The notes under the pieces: generated by a model
What the model was told of the DNA's origin: nothing
Databases searched by the model: none
What the model saw: only the letters and a program-made list of their open reading frames with translations
Made by a program: the position numbers and the translations under genes
DNA from: Isurus oxyrinchus
Taxonomy: Eukaryota
Length of the DNA: 64,000 bases
Direction: 5' to 3'
Assembly (NCBI GenBank): GCA_026770705.1
Contig: JANJGN010000036.1
Location: 2,480,001-2,544,000 of the forward strand
Part shown: positions 12,291-24,444 of the stretch, piece after piece
How positions within the stretch are numbered: position 1 is the stretch's first letter
How the letters are laid out: each line of letters begins with the position of its first letter

Positions 12291-14220
12291 CAGCGTGGTT
12301 ATCAAACCCACATCTTCGAGAAAGATTGAAATGAGCAACATAGTCAAAACTGACCACGAGAAATCACACGAAAATTCGCTGTCTGACAGGTGATTAAATA
12401 AATGGAGCTTATTTTATACTCCCTCCACATGTTTAAATGATCCCTTTGCTCCTGCAGAGACCTGATTAAAATATCTGAATCGCTCGACAACTAACATCCC
12501 ATTAACTGGGTACCTTATAAAGTGGGAAAATGGGTAATTGAATCTCCCGCCTAGGCTGATTTAACTCACCTCAGGGCAGGCCAGAGAATCCACCCAGTTT
12601 TTAATGGCATTTAAGTACCAAAGTGTGCCACGTACTGTTTTGAAAGAGATTGAACAGTATTGCAATACATCACCAAGTGGTGCAGCCACGTTATATACCT
12701 CATCATGTCGTATGAATAAATTATACATTTTTTTTGGAAAACTGAAGTATTACACAGTCTGTAGCGGTTTGCTGTCCAATCAGCTAGTAATTGGCATTTA
12801 TCCCAGTGTGCATCCCTGGCAACTGCAAGTAGAGCACAGAGTCCTATGTCACGGTTGATGTCCGATATCTTTCTCCAGAAGGACCGCTGCCTTTCTTTGC
12901 ACATTTGCTTGACAAAGACACATTGCACCAATTAATCTCCCCTCTTCTCCATTTAATCACTGGCTGATCATTTATCTTCATTACCTCCCCACCACCCACA
13001 ACACACCCCCACGCCACCATCACCCCCCCCCCCCACCCCACCCCCGCTGCCATTTGTTTGAAACTTATAAAGTGAGTAAACGTATCGAGCTCTGGTCTGA
13101 TGCATTAAGTCAGTGACACTCATAGAAAAACGAAGTGTAATTCAGGTCTTCAGAAGACAAAGACTTGTCTTGTAAATGCGAACTCTATTTGTAAATGTGG
13201 TGAGCAACATACAATATTGGAAGCAAGTGACGTGGTTTGCATCATATGTAATGTCAGAAATTAAGGGTCGCGTAAGAACGTTTATAAATGTTCATGAATA
13301 ATATGTAATTTAGTAGAAAGAACGACTTTTCCTCAAACTCCCTCACCCCCTTACAAAGCCTCATGCCTCCCACCCGAACAAGTTTTCAAAATCATTTGAA
13401 GTTTTGCAGATGGATTTGCAAGGTTTTATTTATCGGTTCTGATTTCAGTGAAATATTGCTCACTTCCATATCTCCCCCTTGCAAATTACACCAGGTGTAG
13501 TCCAGTTGAAATGAGTTGCGAGGGGAAAGTTGACTGTTTGGCCGTCAGCTGGCTGCTGAAGTTTGGAAATTGCACCGTGAATGCAGTGGATTATTTGGCA
13601 AATTCTGTCTCCTCCACAATTCATCAGAGTAAATCCATCCCGGGTTCCCATCTGCGACACGCCTTGTTTTCTGATCTCTTTTCCAATGCAGCAAACTCCA
13701 GGGAGGTAAAGGGAGGCCCTCCCCGAGACTGGGAAATATATTAAACATTAACATTAAAAGCAAGTAAAAGACAGGTCAGGTAATCTCTCCAACATTTATC
13801 AAAGTCTTTCCTGACTTTTCTCTGCGTTCTGTTAAACAATGCTCAGGTCTATCTTTACGCTGAACTTGTGGCTGCTTTAATGTTCCTGCCATTTGACATT
13901 GATACTATCCTCCCCCTTGGTGAATCCCTGATGGTTTCCCCTCTGCCCGTGCAGTAGCTCCAGTGTGCCCGCAGAGGGAGGGTTTGTATCACTTTAATCA
14001 AATGATAGAGAAAAACGTTTACGGAGATGAGGATTTGGCCCTTTTTAATTCATTCATTCACACAGAGACAAAAGAACACCAATTGCAACCAGCCCTGTTG
14101 CTTCTGACATGACATTAGGCTTTTCACCCCCAATGCCAAATCAGTTCCAGAACTGATATTTAATTTTTGCCCTTGGAATTATTTTTCTCTTTCGGTATTT
14201 ACCTCAATTCCATTTAAAAC
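12280..14220 (+). repeat. Segmental duplication block paralogous to about 46740-48740 (partly 35390-35730)
   Basis: Colinear matches such as gattgaaatgagcaacat, gctctggtctga.gcattaagtcagtga and ttttcacccccaatgccaaat. Confidence 0.75.
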
Positions 14221-14627
14221 TTAATATTGACAGCGGAAACTGAGCCAAAAACTCACACATCGACACGCGTACACACACAGAGTGACACAAATAGGCACAA
14301 AAATACACACGCACAGACACGGAACGACACAGGCGCGCACATAAATATCTATATTATACACACACAGACACATACACACAAACAAACACAAAAAACTGGA
14401 TTGGAACAAAAATGCAAAGCAAGTGTTAGGTCTTGTAAATCCTGGCTGATGTGCCAGAAAGAAAAGTGCAGAAAATTGTCGAGGGGTCTTGGAATCAAAC
14501 TTGAAAGATCATGGAACGTGTTAGCATCTATCAATGGAATCAGTGTTGGGGTTGAACTGGCTTAGACACAGTGTTAAATATGGAGAGGGCGTTCGGGATA
14601 AACTGTTCAAATGGCTCAGTTACTCAC

Positions 14628-17599
14628 TTTTCATTGTGGGATCTCTTGTCTCGTTCTCATGAAAGGAGAATCTGTAATTCGCAATTTAAAACTGCGAGAA
14701 CGGAATCACATTGGAAAACCAATTATGAAAATGTCCCTGATAAGCAGTGATCCTGACCTGATCTGCCGCTTTTATGTGTCCAAATGAAAATGAGAATCAA
14801 GAGTGGAACTGGGATCGCTGCCACCATTCTGACAACATTAAGAGTCGGAATGCAGCATCCTACAGAGAAAAAAAAATAGAAAATGCTGCTCGGTCAAATC
14901 ATTATTTTCTGGGATTCCCCCCATGGGATACCTGACCCAGTTAAAAGTTGGTGCCTCAAAAAGCCAGTGTGACAGATCGCGGCGAGTGGACGCACAGAAT
15001 GAAATATATGAAGCAAGGTTTTCGAGTTGAGATCAATTGGTGGACAGCACTGTCAGGATTGGTCCAAGCTTATAATGTATCAGGATGAAAAGTTCTTACT
15101 AATGTCTACCTGGAAACTGAACTGAGGAATCACAGACTGAACCAACACGGAAGGAGGCAGTTCGGCCCATCATGTCTGTGCCAGCTCTTTGTGTAAAATA
15201 AATCAACACATTTTCACCTTTGGTTCTCTGTCGGTGAAAAGAGCTTCTCCTTATTCACTCTATCAAAACCATTCATGATTTTGAGCATCTGTGCAAAAAG
15301 TTCCCGTTAACCTTCTCTCCTGTAAGGAGAACAAGCCCAGCTTCTCCTTTCTCTCCACATTAACGGGCGCATTCTGGTATATGTTCAAAGTACCTACTCC
15401 TAGGGCACAACACTCCAGCTGGGCTCTGACCAGGCTTTATAAAATGCAAGTTTCCCTTCTATATGATTCCTCCATTATTTAAGCCGAGGTCTCCCAATGT
15501 CTGTTAGTGACAATCACAACTTGTCTTGCCACCTTCAGAGATTAATGTATATGCGCTACCTCCCAATGAGAGTTCAAACCGATCAGTTCCAAATAACCCA
15601 ACTTCAATGCCGGTTGATAACCCGAGGTAGAGTTAAATCCGAATTGCTGATATCACCAACTGATATTAAAATTAATCTGCATTTTTCCAGGTAAATGCAG
15701 ATTGATGAAGTACATTCCGCGAAATGAAGATGGAGACAGGGGGAATTGAGCGGTCGCCACGTCCCTGCAGATGCATGGCTTTTCCCCAGCTACCTTTCTT
15801 CACTGCTTTCTGCTCGTAATCGTATTCAGTGTGGAACTAATCTCAAGACTGTTCCTCATTCACTGCCTGAAATTACGGGGAATCTGACTGAATTATAACT
15901 TTCTTCAGGGATTTCGGGTTATTTAAGGAGATTTTATGAAGGAGAAAGTGTTACAGGTTATTGGGAAAGAGTGCAATTAATTGAATATCCCCTTTCTGTG
16001 CTGTATCACTCTGTAACTTTAAGATGTCGCATAGTAACATAAGGCGAGTCAAGAAAGTCTCCCACTCGGAAACAATAAGTTATGCCAAGACATTGAATGC
16101 ACTTTTTACTTACATTATAGACAGACACAAACGCATGCATACATATGTATATAAGATATATGTATATGCACAAACATACACACATAGAGACACACATACA
16201 CACATATTCATACGCACACATATTTCCAGACAGGCATACACACCCGTACATTATATATATATATATATATATATATATCCATGGTATTCTGTGGATGTCC
16301 TGGAATGATTAATTCGGGCTATTATAAACTACCGAATTACTCCAACCGATACTTTGAATAAAAGCCTCCATTGAATATATCACCAGCTCACCTGTCCCTG
16401 CCTCTGCTGCTGTGGACAACGTGCTCTTGGTCCAATATTTTTTTCTGGAGACCCCAGTTGAACAATATAAGTGCACACAGCGTCTCTATTCCAGGTTTCC
16501 CTCGTCACCATGACGTGGTTTCTGATACTGTAGGCCCCGCCCGCCTCACTTGTACCGGGATAGCTCGGTCCCTCGGTGACCCGGCCGGAAATATTGTAGA
16601 AAATAGCAGTCTGGTTGGTGAAACACCACTGACCAAACACACTAAGGGGGCGGTTTCCCTCAAAGGCAGGTCACCCGGCGGGGCAAACACCAGCAAAACC
16701 GTCTTGTTGGTGGGACTGTCCGGACAGAGTTTGCGGGACAGTTAACGATTAATTTGCACGATATGTTAATGTTGTGTACGACCTGAAGTCATTTCAATTA
16801 CTCTCTCACCTCCAACCAGTGGAGTCGATCCATTCTGGAGAAGTGCATAGCCATCCTTCTCAGCAAAGACAAGCTTCAAATTTGTCGAGGTCGCAGGTTT
16901 AGAAGGTGAACGCATGGATTTCGGAAAGTAGCATCATTGTACTCCACCTCATTTATTCTGTGAAGTGGTTGTACAAGACTTTTGATAACATCTGGCCCAC
17001 ACATTCACATGGAGATTGTGAATTTGTTGAAAGAACTCATATTCGCTGTTAACTATTTTTGGAAATAAAAATACTATCGGCCAACTGAGAAGGAGACATA
17101 TCGACAAGATTCGTGTCTTCCCACACACACTGTTTGTACCAGAAATAGCTCGGCACCAATTCCACTTCGTAAATGTAGTGACAGATTAATTCCACCGTGT
17201 CTCCCACTTCAGCTGTCATTATGAAGGGACCCTGAAACAGAGAGGTCTCGGATTCTGCAACTAGAGAGATTACTGTTACATTACCACAAGTTATTGAGAG
17301 ATAGGACGCAACCGCTTTGAAACACATCGCGTTAATTCAAGAACAGTCATATCATTATTTTCAATTAGTCTTGGCTAGATTAATTCTGGAATTTGCGGGG
17401 TTTTTTCACTTTATGGGAGGAACCAGTAAATCAACTCACATGATCGGAGAAAATCCCTTCACCTGAACACTGGGTCAAAATTTCAGCTTAGTTTCCACTG
17501 TTTCTGCTGATTCACTTTAAAATTTTCACCCGCCTCTTACTCACCAGAAAGTCGTAGCAGTTGGGAAATGAGCATCAGAGGTAAAGATTCCTTGGACAT
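14628..17599 (-). pseudogene. Type-A receptor pseudogene A2
   Basis: Leader 17599-17545. V from 17260 has a stop at 17049 and its D-F strands are replaced by foreign DNA; the G strand is kept at 16810-16862. C1 16719-16392 has acceptor CAG->CGG, a 2-nt frameshift, Trp->Tyr and Cys->Tyr. TM 14859-14758 (CCIPTLNVVRMVAAIPVPLLILIFIW). cyt1 14658-14628 has lost its acceptor. Confidence 0.85.
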
Positions 17600-19854
17600 C
17601 TTGATGCGGTGAGTTCTCCCTGTTTTCGCTCTCACCAGTTTGTTACCGCTGGTCGAGTCGCCGCAGACTGACCTGAACTCAGTCCCAGTGAGTTGCTCCT
17701 CTTACAGATGCGATGGAAACTACGACGAGCTATGCTATTGAACAGATGACACATTTTAGGTACGGGTCCTGGTGAGTGCCACATGCATTTAACACACTAA
17801 GGTCACCGTCTGTGCGTCACGGCTGTCAAGTAGCTGAATGTTTTAAAGAACTTTACTGGGCTGTCGTTCACGGGGGCGGCGGTGGGGGTAACAGAATACT
17901 AATTCTATGGTGGATCCTCAATGTTGCAGTTAAAGATTGATTCATTCCCGACATGAAAGCCTCAACGGCAAGGCAAACATATATTAACCATCTCTAATTG
18001 CTTCTTGAGAAGATGATGGTCAGCCGCCTTCTTGAGCTGCTGCATGCCACGTGCTGTAGGTACACTCACAGTGCACTTAGGAAGAGAGTTCCAGTATATT
18101 GACCCAGTGACAGGGCGTCACGTGGCTTAGACAATGCTTGCAGGTGGTGGTGATCCCATGTAACTGTTGCCCTGGTAGTTCAAGGTTGTAGAAGTCGCAG
18201 GTTTGGAAGGTGAACGCCTGGTATTCAGAAAGGAGTATCTTTGTACTGCATATAATTTATTTGGTGAAGAGTTTTTACAAGATTCTTGATACACTCTGGT
18301 TAAGACCGAATCTGGGAAACGTGGAATGAAATAGGCTTGGATTGATTTGTATGTGAATTACCAGCACCTTATTCTCCAAAACACAAGTTATGTAGACCTA
18401 GAGTGGAATTCTAATGGGACAAACACGTTCATTCACGACACATATAGAGAATCTTAGTGAACGAATCTCTTTCGAATTCAGTTCTTCTCCTTAAAAGTTC
18501 CGTGCAGTGCCCTCTTTTCTGTTAAGTCTCATTGACTAGGTTTTCAAGTGTCTTAACCTGTGATATAAAACACCAATGGCGATTTACCTGAATCCAGTGT
18601 ACTGAGTTCGTTTTAGAATTCTATTTGCCAAGGACTTGATTGATCCCGTGATGGGAGTTTCAAACAATAATACATCTTTCGCTTTGTGTTTTAGGCTAAG
18701 TGCGTTCACAGCAGTTCAATGGAAAATTCAGTGTGCAGCTACGACGTGCAACAAGCTGTCAAGCATCTTTGATGTTACAGTTTATAGAGTTACATCGAAT
18801 TCACAGCACGGAAACAAGACATTCGACCCGAATGCTCGTGCTCATCTTCATGCTCTGCACGACCCTCCTCCCGTTCTTGATCTCACTACAAAATCAAACA
18901 CTTTTCTTCCTTTCCTCCTCGAGTGTTTGTTCAGGTTCCCACTTAAATGGATCTCTGCAATAGCTTCAAACATTTCCTATGGGAGAGGGTTCCACATTCT
19001 CTCCACTGCCTGTTTAAAAAAAGATTCTGCTGAATTCCCACATGGTATTAATGCTATTAATGACCCATAGTTACCGAGGGACATAGGAACACGGGGTTAG
19101 GCCATTGCGCCCTTCGAGCCTGCTCCACCATTCAATAAGATCTTGGCCGATCTGGTTTTAGTCTTGAACCCACTTTCCTGTCTGCCGCACACAGGCCTTG
19201 ACTACCTTGCCGAAAAAATCGGTCTAACACGGCCTTGAATAAATTCAAAGACCCAACATCCACTGCATTCTGGGGAAGAAAGCTCCACGCATCGACGACC
19301 CTTTGGGTGAAAAATAATCTCCTCATCTCTGTCTTAAAATGGAGACCTCTATCTTTGATCCATGCCCCTAACTTTGGCCACAACAGGAATCATCCTCCGG
19401 GTATCCGCCCTATCAGGGCCCCTCAGGAATTTGCATGTTTCGATAAGATCACCTTTCATTCTTCTAAACCCCAATGGGAATTCCTGAATTCTCCGAGATT
19501 CGCGGTTGTATTTATTGATGACGTATATTTTTGAAATCCTGCCGATGTAGAATCATCTTCCCCTCCGTCTGCCGAAATAAACCATTTCGTCACTTTAAAG
19601 ACCTCGATCAGGGTACCCTTCAAACTTCCCCCTTTTTAGAATAAAAGAGCTCCAGCCGGTTCATTCTTTGCTGTTAGAAATAAGCTCCCTATTCTGATAT
19701 CATTCGTGTGAAACATTAACTGCACCTTTTCCAGTGCCTCAGTATTCATTCTAGAATATGCAGAACTGTGTTCTGCACTCCAGGTGTGGCCTAAATAAGG
19801 TATTGGTCTTTGGTGAAAAAACATTTGATGAGTGCGCTACGGCACTTTGGCCTG

Positions 19855-19885
19855 TAATAAACAGGAAAACCGCAGATAGCTGTCT
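19855..19885 (+). promoter_or_regulatory. Candidate ETS/RUNX/GATA motif cluster upstream of B2
   Basis: acaggaaaaccgcagatag contains CAGGAA, AACCGCA (TGCGGTT) and AGATAG, about 170-185 bp upstream of the B2 ATG. aaacaggaaacc is retained upstream of B3 (about 28548). Motif match only. Confidence 0.35.
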
Positions 19886-20046
19886 ACATCGACACCATTT
19901 TCCAACCCCTTTCGTGTATCTATGAATAAACACAGAAGGTCATTCATCTGCACATTGTACATCTCCTTCACACGGCGCGATCGAGAACGAGTTCTCAGTG
20001 AGTTTCGGGTCGGGGCTCAGAGTCTGATCGCCTGAAGTTGCGGAAA

Positions 20047-23000
20047 ATGAGCTTCCTCGCTGTGTGTGCATTATCCCATCTCTTCCGGGGTGAGATATCT
20101 TAACATGTTCAGATAGAGTTGAGTAGGGATTGGACAGAGTAAATAAGGAGTAACTGGCAGGAAGGCCTAAAATCAGAGCGACACAGATTGAATAGAATCG
20201 GCCAGAAAACCAGAGGAGGAGATGAGAAGATTTTTCTTTAACTAAGCGAATTGTTGTGACCTGGAAGACTCTGCTTGAAAAGGCGATGGCAGCAGATTCA
20301 GTAGGAACTTTCAAATGGGGATTTGGATAAATACTTGAAAAGGAAACATTTGCAGGAATATGGGGGAAGGAGCGGGCGGGAGAGTGGGGCCTAAGTGGAT
20401 AGATCTTTCAAAGTGCCAGCACTCTTAAGGGCCGAAAGGCCTCCAACTGTAGTGTGCGGTTCTATAAGATGAAGTTCAGTTATCAAGTTCTACGTACAAA
20501 TAGAACGAAAATCGTCAACAACGTGTAAAATGTGCCTCCGTCGGGATCAATGGATGGGACTCATTCGAAATGTAACATCTCCTGCGATAAAAGATAATAG
20601 TTGGCTCCATTGACACTATTGGCGATTGAGCAGAGAAAAGAGTTTCAAGGTGATTGTTAGAGTAAGTTATAATCTCCTCATCTTGAACAAAATAAAGCGC
20701 CCAAAGCAGACGGAGAAGACCAGGAAACAAAGGATGGATGAAAGAAAAATAAAAAAGTTGGAAAATTTAGAATTTGAAGCAGCTCTTTTAATGTATTAAC
20801 TTCATAGCGTTCCCAAGCCTGCACCCCAGTGATTAAACCAGATTTATTGCTGAATGAACTACTACTGGGTCCTTGGAATGACAGGGATAAAAACGCGCAA
20901 ACAATCCATAGCACGCGATTTTTCGATATGGGCGATTTTTAAAAAATGATTGTGCCTCCTCCCTATTGGGGTATATTCTCCGCAGGCTGGTCTCAAGAGA
21001 AAGGGTGTGCGGGTGCGGGTTGACGAGCTGCACCATAACCCGAGGTAAACCTTGTTTATTTCTCTCTCTTTCAGTTATTGTGTCTCAGCCTGCCTTGTCC
21101 CAGTCTCCGCCGGTTCAGACACTCCCTGGGGGGAGTCGCGCTAAACTGAGCTGCCACACGGAGAGACCAGTAATTGGCTATGTCTTCTGGTACAGACAGT
21201 CGGATCGAAACGACATGAAGTTGTTTTACAGAGCGCGTAAGCACGTCCCAGCTGTGGGGAGGGTTTCAAGCAAGATTTCTGAAAAAGAGGGCTGTAATTC
21301 ACTGCTGATTGTGGATACACGGAGAAATGATTCTGGAATGTATTACTGTGCAATCCGCAATTACACAAACATGGCCCTAACATTCGGAAATGGCTCCCAG
21401 TTAGTGATTACAGGTAAATTTAATCATTATTCCATTGAATTGGGCACTTCTACGGAAAATAAACGTCTCGGGCTTCAGCTGTTAATGGGATTTCTGTTCA
21501 ATTTGTCAAATTTAGAGGGCTCCCCCACCATATTCCTCCTCACCCCGCCGGAGGATGAGATTTCTTCGATGGAAAGGGTCCCGCTGTTGTGTTTGATCAG
21601 AGGCTCGTCCCCCGATTCCTTTCCCGTCCGCTGGAATGTTTCCGGGCGGGTTACCGAGACACAGACCGATTCCGCGACAATTGAGTCGGACGGGACCTAC
21701 ACCATCAGGAGTTACACCAGCATCTCGGCGGAAACTTGGAGCAGCGGCGCTCTCTGTACTTGCGCCATTCAAATCAACTCCAGTGAAAATCTTCTCAGTG
21801 CAAGTGTCGCATCTCAGAGAGGTAGCTATTAACAGTGACCGTTTACAAATCTATTTAATGCTGATGGCAGACTTTGCAATTTTCCAAGTTAGAATTGTCC
21901 ATCTTTCCGTGTGTGTCCATGTAACATCATTTTATCATTGACCTATCGCAGGTCTCTCAATCTTTGAAAGCTAAACTTTCTGAAATTCTAACTCCATCTG
22001 TTCTCTCTACCCAGAGAGTTATGGATGTGCAGTCGCTGAGATAGATTTTTGTACACTAAGGGAGCAAGTGATGCGGACAGGGCGGGAATGTAAATTTGAC
22101 GTACAAGATTAGCCATGGCCTGATTGAATGGCGCATCAGCTTTGAGGGACCGAATGCTGCTCCGATTTCTTGTGTTCTTTTTGCCTAGGCATATTGACAT
22201 GGTTGCATGCTACTGGCTGATTTGTCAGTGTTTAAACTGAAAGGTGTGATTACATTCCCAGTGTCGCACTTTGTCCCGCATGCTGTGTGCAGTTATCCAT
22301 TCATCTCTCTATCTACTTAACATGCACAATATTTCTGTCCACCACAGTTAAACAGTGAGGTGTAAGACATTTTCTGTATCTGTCTGTCCATCTGTTCATC
22401 TTTCTATCTATTTCCCCCTCTCTCTCTTTCTCTTAATCAATCAATCTATTTCTGTCCTAGTGCAGTTTAATATACCTGGCCTATCTACCTGTCTGTTTGT
22501 CTGTCTGACTCTGTCTTTCTCTCTATCTCTGACCTCCTCTCGCTCTCCAACTGCCCCTCTCTGTCCCTGTCTTTCCCTGTCGTTCTCTCTGTTTTTGTGT
22601 TGCTTTCTGTCTGTCTCGTTCTCTGCGCTAATGATTTATTTATTTTTCCCTCTATTTACCTAATTCATTCCCCTCTGATTACTCTGAATATCTCTACCGT
22701 ACTGAAATGGTGCAGCAAAACGCATCTATATCCATTTATCTATCTACATATCTCACTCACGCTCTCTCCACACCTCTCTCCCTGTCATTCTCTCTGCTAC
22801 TTCCTGCCACTCTCTCTTGCTGCATGTCTCTCTGACCCTAAATCTCTGGCTCTATTTTTATCCTTTTCTTTCCAATTTAAGCAGTTCTGTATAAGCTGTC
22901 AACACTTTCTATCCACCCACCTATCTATCTATCTATCTATCTATCTATCCGTCTATCTGTCCATCTTTCTGTCTGTCTGTCTATCTATCTCCCTCTGTTT

Positions 23001-24444
23001 GTTCCCCACCTCCATTTCTCCGATTTGAACGGTCTCTCTCCCTCTGTCTCTCTCTCTCTCTCTCTGCTTCTGTCTCCATCTCTCTTTCACTATATCTGAC
23101 GATTTATCTCTTTATTTCTACCCTAGTCAATCTGTTTTGAATCATATATCTGCTTTCTTGGTCAGTCACTCTCCATCTTTGTCTATCTTATTACTTATGT
23201 CCTGTTTATTCAGTATAAATTCTCTGCTCTCTCGCTCTCCATCCCTGCATCTATCTACCTCTGCTCTCCATTTCTCCTCACTATTTCTATCTCTTTCCAT
23301 TTCTGTCCCCTTTCATCATTATTCTCTCAGATCTCTGCTCTATTTCAGGATGATAAATTTAACAAAAAATCTATTTCGGTTTGTGGTTGAAATCAAACAT
23401 GTAAATTGAAAACATTTATCTTGTTTAATTAATTTCAGAAACTTCTTTAAACGGCAGTTTCATATCTCTTTTTTTTGTTGCAGATTCTCCGCTACCTACC
23501 ACCTGCAGTGTCCCGCTTTCCGGGGTTGTGGCGGCGGCGGCGCTTGTCCTTCTGGGAGTGATCCCTCTGGCCATGAGAAGGAGCTGCAGGAACCGGCAGA
23601 CAGGTAGCGACTGTTGGGACACGCTGTTTTCCGCCGCGCTCTCAGTCCATTCATTTATCAATTGGAGACTGACACTTTCAGCCGTTTGGTTGTGAAATGT
23701 AGACAGTTATGAGCAGTTGAAATTTTACTTTCTAACAGGAAACATGAACAATGATGAGGAACTGACAGATTCCAGAAAACAAAGAGAAAACAAAGAGGTA
23801 AATGAATGGATTTGTTGCTGCCACTACGCGTGGATGCTTTTCACCTACTTTTAATTCAAGTTTTATCATTCATAGCTATTGTTATATGTGCCTTGGCAAC
23901 TTTGCCTAGTGAGCTCTACAGGATGGCAGAAACAAGGCTTCAATCCCTCGAGTGCAGAAAATTAAGGGATGATGTTACTGAAGGTTTTATGAAGATTAAT
24001 GGATCTGGTAGGGGAAATGGAGATGTACTATTTCCCCCTGGTAAGGTTGGGAGGGGCGGAATCTAGAACAAGGGGCAGACCGCTATAATTAGTGCAGCGC
24101 ATTCAGGGTTGATATCAGGAAGCACTTTGTCACACAAAAGCCAGTGAAAATCTGGATCTTTCTCTCCTCAAAAGGTCTTGATGCTGCGGGATCAATTGGA
24201 AATGTTAAAACTGACACTAATAGATATTTGTTGGGTAAGGGGATTAAAGATTATAGAACCAAGGTGGGTGGTTGGATGTTATGATACAGATCCGCCATCA
24301 TCGAATTGAATAAACGGAAGGGGCTGAATGGCCTCTTCCAATCCATAAGATGATGGTGCTGGCTATTTTAATAGATTCTGTTTTTCCTTCTCTCCACAGA
24401 CACTTTACGCCCGATTGGCCTTTAAAGAGGATCTCACACTCTGA
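20047..24444 (+). CDS. Type-B non-rearranging VJ-C1-TM receptor with ITIM/ITSM-like tail, copy B2 (complete, 303 aa)
   Basis: Exons 20047-20089 (MSFLAVCALSHLFR), 21075-21413 (V+J), 21516-21821 (C1), 23484-23603 (DSPLPTTCSVPLSGVVAAAALVLLGVIPLAMRRSCRNRQT), 23739-23797 (GNMNNDEELTDSRKQRENKE) and 24400-24444 (TLYARLAFKEDLTL*). All GT/AG, phases 1,1,1,1,0, total 912 nt, no internal stop. Confidence 0.9.
21075..21413 (+). CDS. B2 joined VJ exon
   Basis: AKLSC...VFWYRQ...DSGMYYCAIRNYTNMALTFGNGSQLVIT: a canonical V plus the FGxG J motif in one exon. Confidence 0.93.
21516..21821 (+). CDS. B2 C1-set domain exon
   Basis: PTIFLLTPP...VPLLCLIRG...VRWNVSG...DGTYTIRSY...ETWSSGALCTC. Confidence 0.92.
22370..23340. 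repeat. CT-rich and (TCTA)n low-complexity intron tract
   Basis: ctatctatctatctatct and ctctctct runs. Similar tracts at about 6850-7330 and 57990-58640. Confidence 0.8.

Noticed and set aside
3428-21821. Conventional rearranging TCR/Ig locus
   Set aside because: No separate V, D or J segments and no heptamer-nonamer RSS by the V exons. The TMs lack the TCR Lys/CART pattern, and the tails are multi-exon.
20966-21832. 288-aa ORF as a single-exon Ig light chain or TCR gene
   Set aside because: Its N-terminus is intron sequence with a non-ATG start. The real leader exon is at 20047-20089, and downstream TM and Tyr-motif exons show a membrane receptor, not IgL.
22355-23409. Leu/Ser-rich ORFs (also 6987-7446 and 58212-58580)
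   Set aside because: Translations of CT-rich low-complexity intron DNA.
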